Shown in pieces: positions 50,301 through 56,977 of a DNA stretch of 64,000 nt (positions within the stretch are counted from its first letter, which is position 1; each line of letters opens with the position of its first letter). Source of the stretch: Candidatus Spyradenecus sp. (GTDB lineage Bacteria; Verrucomicrobiota; Kiritimatiellia; RFP12; DVOR01); assembly GCA_045605345.1 (NCBI GenBank), contig JAZUPT010000019.1, forward strand, positions 64,603-128,602, in the 5' to 3' direction. The notes under the pieces were generated by a model. It was not told where the DNA came from and did not search any database. It saw only the letters and a list, made by a program, of their open reading frames with translations. The position numbers and the translations under genes are program-made.

Positions 50301-50532
50301 CCTTCACATACCGGCCCTCACGCCTGCAATGGGAAGACCAGAAAATGCGACATTTTCGGATGTCGCCTCACTCTATCCGATTGACATGATTACAGTCAAA
50401 AACAATGGATGGGGGCGAGAACATTTTGAGTACAAAGGCCGTTGGCTTCATAGTGATGTCAAGAATATGGCATATTTTTATGTACATGAGCTTTTTCAAA
50501 CACTTAATTCTCTTGTGAAAAGGAGCAAATAA
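44305..50532 (+). CDS. Giant secreted multidomain protein: TSP3 calcium-binding repeats, three NIDO-like domains and a C-terminal alpha/beta-hydrolase (lipase/esterase-like) domain
   Basis: Signal peptide MNTFFLFRATITLLFAIFTYHTLFA, with RBS GAGGTGA before ATG 44305. There are at least 15 DxDxDGxxDxxE repeats (for example DTDGDGLADGLE, DSDGDGLIDGEE). Three paralogous domains of about 200 aa carry an FxFPxxxYxKIxIxxDGxIxLFND-type core. The C-terminal region has an LHGF oxyanion motif, an AHSLGN nucleophile elbow, and downstream D/H candidates. GC is much lower than the core genes. Confidence 0.8.
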   Translation: MNTFFLFRATITLLFAIFTYHTLFAEGDFLGPPLPNLSPEDETELPNEGSDDNEDAPVEENTPTSLALIDYSSFFNHYDWSTWDERIATWYSNCHDAALMTPPLPLGTRMHHALGVEEVFPPFDEFCPNLEAIVVGDIQTWQVRVEEHINAEGERSFWTLIGNVIVHKLPSPMTFNPTNWICSLYEDNLPTWLFEDEEQTTEWLSIRDRSRLAITLTILPTGMLSTYNTVMIELAEAERVKREEAQQDPTAFAFTRIDVSDKDVFFEFYNPLNVRLNLLTRVRLDEPWALFGEVGETSSLGYTSITFPRQEKNDPPFFRIVDAVTDTDGDGLADGLELNYFKSDPTKQDSSGSGISDWDKVYVYKLDPSVRDSDGDGLIDGEEIHIGTNPQVADSDGDGLNDAEEVNSLQPAVAFTWIPITASILTNPTTECIEIILPSAVSFAGHLYDKVIIDTVGKLTLSHTSIGDSVDELIISGHSNHPYLSIDAESDILFEATTFNDVPCFVFSFVNLIFDDERKSSNHITFQIVLSSMFPNRVWINYLDIGKDKWNNGAIAQIQNKTKKSSITFPYLNEGTLTTQISLEGRFGYGTNPHLPDSDADGLLDGVEIKEAGSSPLIADTDKDSLSDGKEFCHYHTSPVLIDTDGDTLPDAWEIQHGLDPCSTNGNHGRLGDPDGDRLPNELEMEYQTSPTLADSDRDGLSDSHEVGQITTENVNETRSGTVLHSLSHSSNADSLVATFSLPSAIRFNTTSYSKILISLDGHILLFNDDENFSELSYSNIKLTGLKSCATALIIAAFWDDLYYFGNETRITLEETEDSYLVRYQDVGLYDFKSNQSVVGTFVITLPKNANPSISITYSNFSSSFTCQSATIGVRTASLSRDIGHKVYQYTFNQAVVLNNTTVNFLIGSGTDPNLSDTDNDGILDSEELAINTSPFSADDDLDGLPDGWEIQYSLNPKFASGNHGANGDLDGDFLRNLDEYRAGSSPLHSDTDNDGLLDIQEFGGVALQYNASWITTPSSMTNIMSRFKSTSTGYVTIDCSDAPFQFLNTNYTTMSINLNGRIDLFNDDVSPSGLATKGPKDYYTCESQQNHILLAPASGDLFLSSSSSILYGETVLNGKVYVVVEYQQMGDYWNNADLANHQISAQILIPRVISPIEPIIINYKNVAGNLSRERLSVGFTTPTHSKGRGFVFSENRPLSSPESVALFLGIGTSASNTDSDCDGISDGDEYNYGTNAIQPDTDGDGLSDGWEMQHAYNPLVHNETDAIVGNERDADPDEDGLTNQEEECFKTVPKQTDSDGDGVSDKTEIDQCSHPMNAQDEGIPMTYYPVTFEFGDWSTSHSEKYYLTIRPLGEAASNESKIGWVNLEYGQVETKIALLKKGTTYEVSLTHASSNQSEPDLDYTLNIKSPNGSGLIITDAITSPLGAFAESEWDSSDRLFKLTLAGGDIYCDINRDGQIEQAVDGIATRSGKKVLHHWSNDDYDVGNCSDDKGATDIPKGNQSIFNGNDLNYRDGTVNGRADLLDFVPLWFDIADLINACPMTQDYTYTLSSTLEVGIVFTELAANDVFSWQTSDVITYDKQGDETPSHEASVYPIDDAGLELNQTLLNHLTTGIVMLEGNEPGEGELKLTVLKDDILISEIAFQFKIVEVENMYRTIDITSMPHTVAKPSAPTGLADSYFAENTPYLFFLHGFNVTPNTARGWQAEMFKRLWQTGCDMKFVGVTWFGEEGVFEAFRYQENVRNALLSGESFAALMSHYSQDKTVVMAHSLGNMVVSSAFQFYGATCDTFMMLNAAIPSEAFGATVSNADEYVNCFESEQLFVPESWHSYPCKSWSVNWHKLFSADEKESKLTWRNAFKDVPTKTTVYNFYSSEDEVFELHHTVPSMLSGTEFDLAWPYIDWTFPYLHLLSSIRVEASRYAWHKQEVFKGMNGPIGTKGGGWSFHCRERGFKVYPTGDDARNATDTRLRTRPVFSTRETPFLRNVSQYSDEEYFTLLALHIPALTPAMGRPENATFSDVASLYPIDMITVKNNGWGREHFEYKGRWLHSDVKNMAYFYVHELFQTLNSLVKRSK

Positions 50533-51593
50533 TGAAAATGTTTTATCACATTATGATTTTGTCATTATTACTTATGACAGCATGTGCAAACACATATGTT
50601 CCCAAAGCCAAAGTTACAATTCGTTCGGTGAACCAAGATGGGAAACCAATTGTAAACGAACCTGTGCGAATAGGATTTTCGTCATGGGGAGGAGTCTATG
50701 GAAAAACAGATCAGAATGGTTGCTTTACTGCAGAAGGACGACCGACGAGTGATTATCTTTTTGCAATCGGCCGGATGAAGGTAGATGAGGAATCCCCAAA
50801 GTATTATGCAACCTATTTTAGTAAAGATATCGCCCACTGGAAAGATTATCCCAAAGACGGCAAGTGGAAACCGTGGAATGAAACGATTGAAGTCGTCGTA
50901 AAAGAAAAAATAAATCCTATTCCAATGTATGCAAATGGGATTAAATTTAAAACAAATATCCCAGTCATTGATGAGTGGGTAGGATATGATTTCGAATACA
51001 ATGACTGGGTCGCTCCTCATGGCAAGGGGATTGTCGCAGATATTGAAGTTTCTCTTTCCGAAGAAAAGCCAACCGAAGAGGATGAAATTGAAGCATTGAA
51101 GATTCGTTTTCCGTATCCCCTCGCAGGCGCATACGTTATGAAAAAAGACCTCAATTGTGACTTTAAGTCCGTGTACCACGCAAATCCCAACGCAACGTAT
51201 GAACAAGAGATAACATGGTATAAAGCATATAAAATGATGGATGACATCAACCCTCATGCTTGGACAGAAAAAGAACGTTATTTTAAAGTAAGCAGAATGG
51301 TTAAATACAATCTCCTCTCCAAAGACGATTATCTCATTTTTCGTACACGAACAAAAGTGGACGAAAATGGGAATCTCATTGAAGCCCGTTATGGAAAAAT
51401 TTATGGACCTATTGAGTTTCGGTTAAATCTAACAGATGAAAGGCCGTCCTATCGCAAGCGTGTCACCCTCTGGAACTATTATTTCAATCCTACTGTTAAT
51501 GACACGAATCTTGAATATGATTTAAAACGTAATTTACTCAGTGACAAGGTTAAACCCAGAAAACGTGTAAACAACTCTCGTGTGTGGCCATAA
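50532..51593 (+). CDS. Lipoprotein paralog 1 with an N-terminal CarboxypepD_reg-like beta-sandwich; candidate immunity protein
   Basis: Lipobox LLLMTACAN. Its ATG overlaps the giant gene's stop (TAATG). It is about 90% identical overall to the next gene. Confidence 0.7.
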   Translation: MKMFYHIMILSLLLMTACANTYVPKAKVTIRSVNQDGKPIVNEPVRIGFSSWGGVYGKTDQNGCFTAEGRPTSDYLFAIGRMKVDEESPKYYATYFSKDIAHWKDYPKDGKWKPWNETIEVVVKEKINPIPMYANGIKFKTNIPVIDEWVGYDFEYNDWVAPHGKGIVADIEVSLSEEKPTEEDEIEALKIRFPYPLAGAYVMKKDLNCDFKSVYHANPNATYEQEITWYKAYKMMDDINPHAWTEKERYFKVSRMVKYNLLSKDDYLIFRTRTKVDENGNLIEARYGKIYGPIEFRLNLTDERPSYRKRVTLWNYYFNPTVNDTNLEYDLKRNLLSDKVKPRKRVNNSRVWP

Positions 51594-51649
51594 TCGCATC
51601 AAATCGTAACCATAGAAGATTGTAGAAATGGCTCATTGCCACCTTAACA

Positions 51650-51742
51650 TTGGCTTCATAGTGACGTCAAGAATATGGCTTATTTTTATATCCATCCGCT
51701 CTTTTCTCACATAGTAGAAATTCTTCAGAGAGGCTCCAAATG
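51650..51742 (+). repeat. Orphan copy of the giant gene's 3' end (encodes WLHSDVKNMAYFYIHPLFSHIVEILQRGSK*)
   Basis: TTGGCTTCATAGTGACGTCAAGAATATGGCTTATTTTTAT matches 50442-50482. It is in frame and ends with a TGA that overlaps the ATG of paralog 2. Confidence 0.75.
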
Positions 51743-52786
51743 AAAAAACACGTAACACTTGTTCTGTCTTTTTTATTTCTTTTAACTGCTTGTGCCCACA
51801 ACTACATTCCCGAAGCCAAGGTAACATTTAAGGTTGTTGATATGCATGGAAATCCAATCCCAAACGAAGATGCCACATTAGGTTTTTCACCCACGATTGG
51901 ATTTCATGGGAAAACGGATGAGAATGGTTATTTTACAGGCCGTGGTCGAACAGAAAGTGATTACGTCTTTTCTGTTGCTCGCGAATCAAACAAATACTAT
52001 CGAACCCGTTTTAGTAAAGATATCGCCCACTGGAAAGATTATCCCAAAGACGGCAAGTGGAAACCGTGGAATGAGACCATTAAAATCGTTGTAAAAGAAG
52101 AAATAAATCCTATTCCAATGTATGCAAATGGGATTAATTTTAAAACAAATATCCCTGTCGTTGATGAGTGGGTAGGATATGATTTCGAATACAATGACTG
52201 GGTCGCTCCTCATGGCAAGGGGATTGTTGCAGATATTGAAGTTTCTCTTTCCGAAGAAAAGCCAACCGAAGAGGATGAAATTGAAACGTTGAAGATTCGT
52301 TTCCCGTATCCCCTCGCAGGTGCATACGTTATGAAAAAAGACCTCAATTGTGACCTTAAGTCCGTGTACCACGCAAATCCTAACGCAACGTATGAACAAG
52401 AGATCACATGGTATAAAGCATATAAAATGATGGATGACATCAACCCTCATGCTTGGACAGAAAAAGAACGTTATTTTAAAGTAAGTAGAATGGTTAAATA
52501 CAATCTCCTCTCCAAAGACGATTATCTCATTTTTCGTACACGAACAAAAGTGGACGAAAATGGGAATCTCATTGAAGCCCGTTATGGAAAAATTTATGGA
52601 CCCATTGAGTTTCGGTTAAATCTAACAGATGAAAGACCGTCCTATCGCAAGCGTGTCACCCTCTGGAACTATTATCTCAATCCTACTGTTAATGACACGA
52701 ATCTTGAATATGATTCAAAGCGTAATTTACTCATTGACAAGGTCAAACCCAGAGAACGTGTGAACTACTCTGGTGTGTGGCCATAA
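51740..52786 (+). CDS. Lipoprotein paralog 2
   Basis: Lipobox LLLTACAH. Residues about 100-348 are nearly identical to paralog 1, whereas the N-terminal ~90 residues have diverged to roughly 55% identity. Confidence 0.7.
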   Translation: MKKHVTLVLSFLFLLTACAHNYIPEAKVTFKVVDMHGNPIPNEDATLGFSPTIGFHGKTDENGYFTGRGRTESDYVFSVARESNKYYRTRFSKDIAHWKDYPKDGKWKPWNETIKIVVKEEINPIPMYANGINFKTNIPVVDEWVGYDFEYNDWVAPHGKGIVADIEVSLSEEKPTEEDEIETLKIRFPYPLAGAYVMKKDLNCDLKSVYHANPNATYEQEITWYKAYKMMDDINPHAWTEKERYFKVSRMVKYNLLSKDDYLIFRTRTKVDENGNLIEARYGKIYGPIEFRLNLTDERPSYRKRVTLWNYYLNPTVNDTNLEYDSKRNLLIDKVKPRERVNYSGVWP

Positions 52787-52849
52787 TCGCATCGAATCGT
52801 AACCACAGAAGATTGTAGAAATGGCTCATCAAAACATTGCCCCTTAATA

Positions 52850-52900
52850 TTGGCTTCATAGTGACGTCAAGAATATGGCGTATTTTTATGTTTGTTGATT
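52850..52900 (+). repeat. Second orphan copy of the giant gene's 3' end (WLHSDVKNMAYFYVC*)
   Basis: TTGGCTTCATAGTGACGTCAAGAATATGGCGTATTTTTATG. The preceding 55-bp spacer is also shared with 51594-51649. Confidence 0.75.
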
Positions 52901-52959
52901 GAAAAAGTAAGTGGGCAGGTGGAACGAAATTACCTGTCCACTTACTTTCTTAATCAGCC

Positions 52960-53090
52960 AATTTCTTTTGACGAGTCATATTTATTCAACGATGCGGCTT
53001 TTGAAAATGAAGGTTTGACAAGGGTGGGGGCTTTTGATACCCTCTCAACGAAAGTACGTTTGATGCATTTTTATTAGGATAGCGTAGGCG
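52960..53090 (+). repeat. 130-bp direct repeat, copy A: a gene 3'-end fragment encoding ...ISFDESYLFNDAAFENEGLTRVGAFDTLSTKVRLMHFY*
   Basis: About 97% identical to 54518-54647. Together they bracket the fic gene. Confidence 0.7.
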
Positions 53091-53175
53091 TGTCGCTTGC
53101 TGCAGTCAACCTTGCAGGCGTTGAAGATTGAATTTCGCAGACGCCTGATGACTTAGTGACGAGGAAGTAAGTGGG

Positions 53176-54288
53176 ATGAATGACTTTGATGAATATCTTG
53201 TAGCAGGAGAGCCAGATAAGCGTGAGCGCGCATACGGATGGGCTACCGCCATCGGTCTGCAGGATGTTGATGGGCTGAAGGTTTCTGACCTTCTACTCAA
53301 GACTGCGAGGCGCAATATTGAAGGTGAGATAACTCAGGTAGATGCCGGGCAGATTATTGATGCTTACTATGAAACAAAGGAAGGACATGATCAGCCAGAA
53401 GATCAAAAAGAGGCTGATAAGGTGGCGTGTAGAATTAATGAAACGATCAATTCACCAACGTTTCGTTTTTCGCCAGAATACTACATTGGATTGCACGGTA
53501 GACTCTTTAAAGATGTGTTCGCTCACGCCGGAAAGATACGTGAGGTGGAGCTTACGAAGCGTGAATGGGTGTTGAACGGTGACACGGTCAACTATACGCC
53601 GTCGTATTTAGTGAAAGACTCACTTGCGTATGATTTCGCGGAGGAAAAGAAGTTTAGTTACGGTAGACTCTCTGATGAAGCTTTTACGGAACATTTTGCG
53701 TCTTTTATTTCGGGGCTTTGGCAGATTCATCCATTCAGAGAGGGGAATACTCGAACGGTTGCGGTTTTTGCCATTAAGTATCTGCATGCGATGCGTTATG
53801 ATGTGACGAATGCGCTATTCAAGGAAAAGTCGTGGTATTTTAGAAATGCGCTTGTGCGGGCGAATTATGAAAACCGGCAACTGAATGTTGAGAAGACGAT
53901 GCAACCTTTGGAGAACTTCTTCAAAGTCCTTATTTACGGAAGTAATATTGAGTTACGAAATAGATTTTTGCGTATTGGGGGTGAACATGAGATATCAAAG
54001 TCAAATGCTGTAAAGGATTTACATTGGAATGGGGGCGGCATAGATGTCGGTATAAAGAGTGTGGATGTCGGTATAAATGTCGGTATAAAGCAGGGGGAAA
54101 TACTCTCGCATACTGAAGAAAATGCCGTTAAGGCCATCTTGCGAGACAATCGCATAACGGCCAAGGCGTTGTCAGCTGTGTTGGGGGTTACCTCGCGTCA
54201 GGCTGAACGTATAATGGTGTCGCTTAAGAAGAAGACGGGCCTGCGTCGCGAGGGGTCGCGTAAAAATGGTCGTTGGATATTTTGCTAA
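53176..54288 (+). CDS. fic: Fic/DOC-family protein with a C-terminal winged-helix domain and a degenerate Fic motif
   Basis: HPFREGNTRTVAVFA, against the canonical HPFx(D/E)GNGRxxR; C-terminal wHTH-like LSAVLGVTSRQAERIMVSLKKKTGL; low GC. Confidence 0.75.
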   Translation: MNDFDEYLVAGEPDKRERAYGWATAIGLQDVDGLKVSDLLLKTARRNIEGEITQVDAGQIIDAYYETKEGHDQPEDQKEADKVACRINETINSPTFRFSPEYYIGLHGRLFKDVFAHAGKIREVELTKREWVLNGDTVNYTPSYLVKDSLAYDFAEEKKFSYGRLSDEAFTEHFASFISGLWQIHPFREGNTRTVAVFAIKYLHAMRYDVTNALFKEKSWYFRNALVRANYENRQLNVEKTMQPLENFFKVLIYGSNIELRNRFLRIGGEHEISKSNAVKDLHWNGGGIDVGIKSVDVGINVGIKQGEILSHTEENAVKAILRDNRITAKALSAVLGVTSRQAERIMVSLKKKTGLRREGSRKNGRWIFC

Positions 54289-54517
54289 TTGGTGCAGAAA
54301 ATAATGCATAACGCCTTGGTAATCAACAATTTCACATTGACAGTAAAATTAACAATTGACTGGCAGTCCAAGCAAAACTATCCGTGCTCGCAGGGAAATT
54401 AAAGCCTCTTGGATTCGCGACTCATCCACACTTGAATGCACCGCATGATAGACTTGTAGAAAGAAATATAACCGATGCTTGTGTGAGAATACCGATATGC
54501 TTTTTGGTGTAGAGTGG

Positions 54518-54647
54518 AATTTCTTTTGACGAGTCATACTTATTCAACGAAGCGGCTTTTGAAAATGAAGGTTTGACAAGGGTGGGGGCTTTTGATACCC
54601 TCTCAACGAAAGTACGTTTGATGCATTTTTATAGGATAGCGTAGGCG
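54518..54647 (+). repeat. 130-bp direct repeat, copy B
   Basis: Same coding-fragment sequence as copy A, here preceded by a stop and ending ...HFYRIA*. Confidence 0.7.
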
Positions 54648-54651
54648 ATAG

Positions 54652-55992
54652 GTGATGAAGGACGATTTGTTTCAATTTGAAGAGTCAACATGGCAGGAGG
54701 AGGCTCCAGATAATCGTAAGACGGGGCCACTTCCAGCGCGGATGCGTCCGCGTTCGCTTGAGGAAATCGTTGGGCAAGATCACATTTTGGCGCCAGGACG
54801 TTTGTTGCGTCGCGTGATTGAGAGTGACCGCTTTACGAATTTAATCTTTTATGGGCCGCCTGGTACGGGAAAGACGACGCTGGCGGAGGTGATTGCGCGC
54901 ACGACGCATCGTCGCTTTGAGCGGACGAGTGGGGTGATGAGTAATGTGGCGCAATTGCGCGCCATTTGCGAGCAGGCGCGGACGTTGCGAGGGCGGATTG
55001 GGACGGTGTTATTCGTTGATGAAATTCACCGATTCAATAAGTCCCAACAGGATGTGCTCTTGCCTTATGTTGAGGATGGTACGGTGACGTTGATTGGTGC
55101 GACCACGCATCATCCTGGGATCTTTATCAATACGCCACTAGTTTCACGAAGCTTGGTCTTTGAGTTGCACGCATTGACGGTGGCAGATATTGTGACACTC
55201 TTAAATCGTGCGGTCGCGGATAAGGAGCGCGGGCTAGGCGAAGACCCGGTCGTGTTAGAGCCTACCGCGGCGCATTTCTTGGCGGAGATTTGCGAAGGGG
55301 ATGCGCGTCGTGCGTTGACTGCGCTTGAGATTGCGGTGCGCTCAACGCCCCCGGCGGAGGATGGGCGGATCGTCATCACGCCCGAGGTGATGGGGGAGTG
55401 CGTCCAACGTCGCATTATCGCTTACGATAAGGATGAGGACCAACACTACGACACCATTTCGGCGTTCATCAAGTCCATTCGTGGGTCGGATCCTGATGCG
55501 GCAATTTATTGGTTGGCCAAGATGCTTGAGGGGGGAGAAGATCCACGCTTTATTGCTCGTCGCCTCATCATTTCCGCAAGTGAGGATATCGGCAATGCCG
55601 ATCCGCGTGGTCTAACGGTGGCGGTGGCGGCAATGCAGGCGGTGGAGTTTATTGGGATGCCGGAAGCGCGTATTTCGTTGGCGCAGGCGACCACCTATTT
55701 GGCTACCGCGCCGAAATCCAATGCGGCCTATCTCGCTGTGAATGAGGCTATGGCAGATATTCGTGCAGGACGCGTGCAACCTGTGCCCGAGCACCTTAAA
55801 AATGTCCATGTGAAGGCAGAGGGGAAGGCACGCGCCCCAGATTATCTCTATCCGCACGATTATAAAGATACGGCCGTGGATCAAGCCTATTTAACGGTGC
55901 CGAAGACGTATTATCATCCGAAGGCGGCGGGTTATGAGGATACGATTGCCAAACGTTTGGAGTGGCTTCGCAACAAGAAGAAGCAGGGTTAA
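54652..55992 (+). CDS. rarA: Replication-associated recombination protein A (AAA+ ATPase)
   Basis: LIFYGPPGTGKTTLAEVIA (Walker A), VLFVDEIHRFNK, and the MgsA C-terminal domain. Confidence 0.9.
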   Translation: MMKDDLFQFEESTWQEEAPDNRKTGPLPARMRPRSLEEIVGQDHILAPGRLLRRVIESDRFTNLIFYGPPGTGKTTLAEVIARTTHRRFERTSGVMSNVAQLRAICEQARTLRGRIGTVLFVDEIHRFNKSQQDVLLPYVEDGTVTLIGATTHHPGIFINTPLVSRSLVFELHALTVADIVTLLNRAVADKERGLGEDPVVLEPTAAHFLAEICEGDARRALTALEIAVRSTPPAEDGRIVITPEVMGECVQRRIIAYDKDEDQHYDTISAFIKSIRGSDPDAAIYWLAKMLEGGEDPRFIARRLIISASEDIGNADPRGLTVAVAAMQAVEFIGMPEARISLAQATTYLATAPKSNAAYLAVNEAMADIRAGRVQPVPEHLKNVHVKAEGKARAPDYLYPHDYKDTAVDQAYLTVPKTYYHPKAAGYEDTIAKRLEWLRNKKKQG

Positions 55993-56023
55993 TTTTGAGC
56001 ACGCTACACGAAAGAGGTGAAGG

Positions 56024-56905
56024 ATGAAGACAACGATTTCAATTTTACTTGCGAGTGGATTCGCCATGATGTTGACGGCGGGCACCTTTACGAAGGGCGC
56101 ACCGACGGCATCGTTGTTCGTGGCAGGGAATAACTATCTGGCAAAGATTGGGCCAGATGGGACGCAACAGCATCGTTGGCCCGGTGGGAATAATAATGAT
56201 GCGTGGATGTTGCCGAATGGAAATATCTTGATTGCGGATGGCCGTGCATGGGAGGCAGATGCCTCTGGAAAGTGTGTGTGGGAATATCGTTCGGAAGACA
56301 CGACGGGGGGCGGGTGCTATTCGGCACAACGTCTCCCTGATGGCTCAACGCTGATTGGTGAGAATAGCACGGGGCGAATCTTTGAGGTGACGCCGACGGG
56401 TGAGAAGCGCAATGTCATCCAAGTACCGTTGAACAATGGGAATCGGCATCAGACATTACGCATGGTGAGACGTTTGGCGGATGGGAGCACGTTGGTTTGT
56501 CGTTCGGGTATGGGCATTGTGGAACGCTATGCGCCAGGGGTCTTGGATAAACCCGCTTGGTCGCAGAAGGTGCCAGGGCTTGCTTTTGCCGCCATCGCAG
56601 ATGCGCAGGGAAATATTTACATTTCAAGTTTGAATCAAGTGCAGAAGTGGTCGCCCGATCATCAGTTGTTGTGGGAATTGAAGGCGAGCGAAACGGGACT
56701 CCCGATTAAGAACATAACGGGGCTTCATTTGTTGCCGAATGGTCACTTAATTATTGGTTGTTATGGTTATGGCAAGGGGATTGGCGCCTTTGAGGTGACG
56801 CCCGAAAAGACCATTTTGTGGACGTATCGTTCTGAAGAACCGTGTAATGATAGCCATATGGCGGTGCAACTTTTAGCAGAAGAGATTCCTACGCCAAATC
56901 GTTAA
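56024..56905 (+). CDS. Secreted beta-propeller-like protein
   Basis: Signal peptide; repeated DGS/NG-rich blades (LPDGSTLIG, LADGSTLVC, LPNGHLIIG). Confidence 0.45.
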   Translation: MKTTISILLASGFAMMLTAGTFTKGAPTASLFVAGNNYLAKIGPDGTQQHRWPGGNNNDAWMLPNGNILIADGRAWEADASGKCVWEYRSEDTTGGGCYSAQRLPDGSTLIGENSTGRIFEVTPTGEKRNVIQVPLNNGNRHQTLRMVRRLADGSTLVCRSGMGIVERYAPGVLDKPAWSQKVPGLAFAAIADAQGNIYISSLNQVQKWSPDHQLLWELKASETGLPIKNITGLHLLPNGHLIIGCYGYGKGIGAFEVTPEKTILWTYRSEEPCNDSHMAVQLLAEEIPTPNR

Positions 56906-56977
56906 GGCGAGTAAGTGGCGAAAGAGAAAAGCGGCAGGGAGACCTGTCGCTTTCGTTTATATGTGGGGATTTACGCC

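Noticed and set aside
50682-52450. Minus-strand ORFs of 191 and 154 aa within the two lipoprotein paralogs.
   Set aside because: Antisense artefacts in AT-rich sequence. Their duplication simply mirrors the duplication of the real genes.
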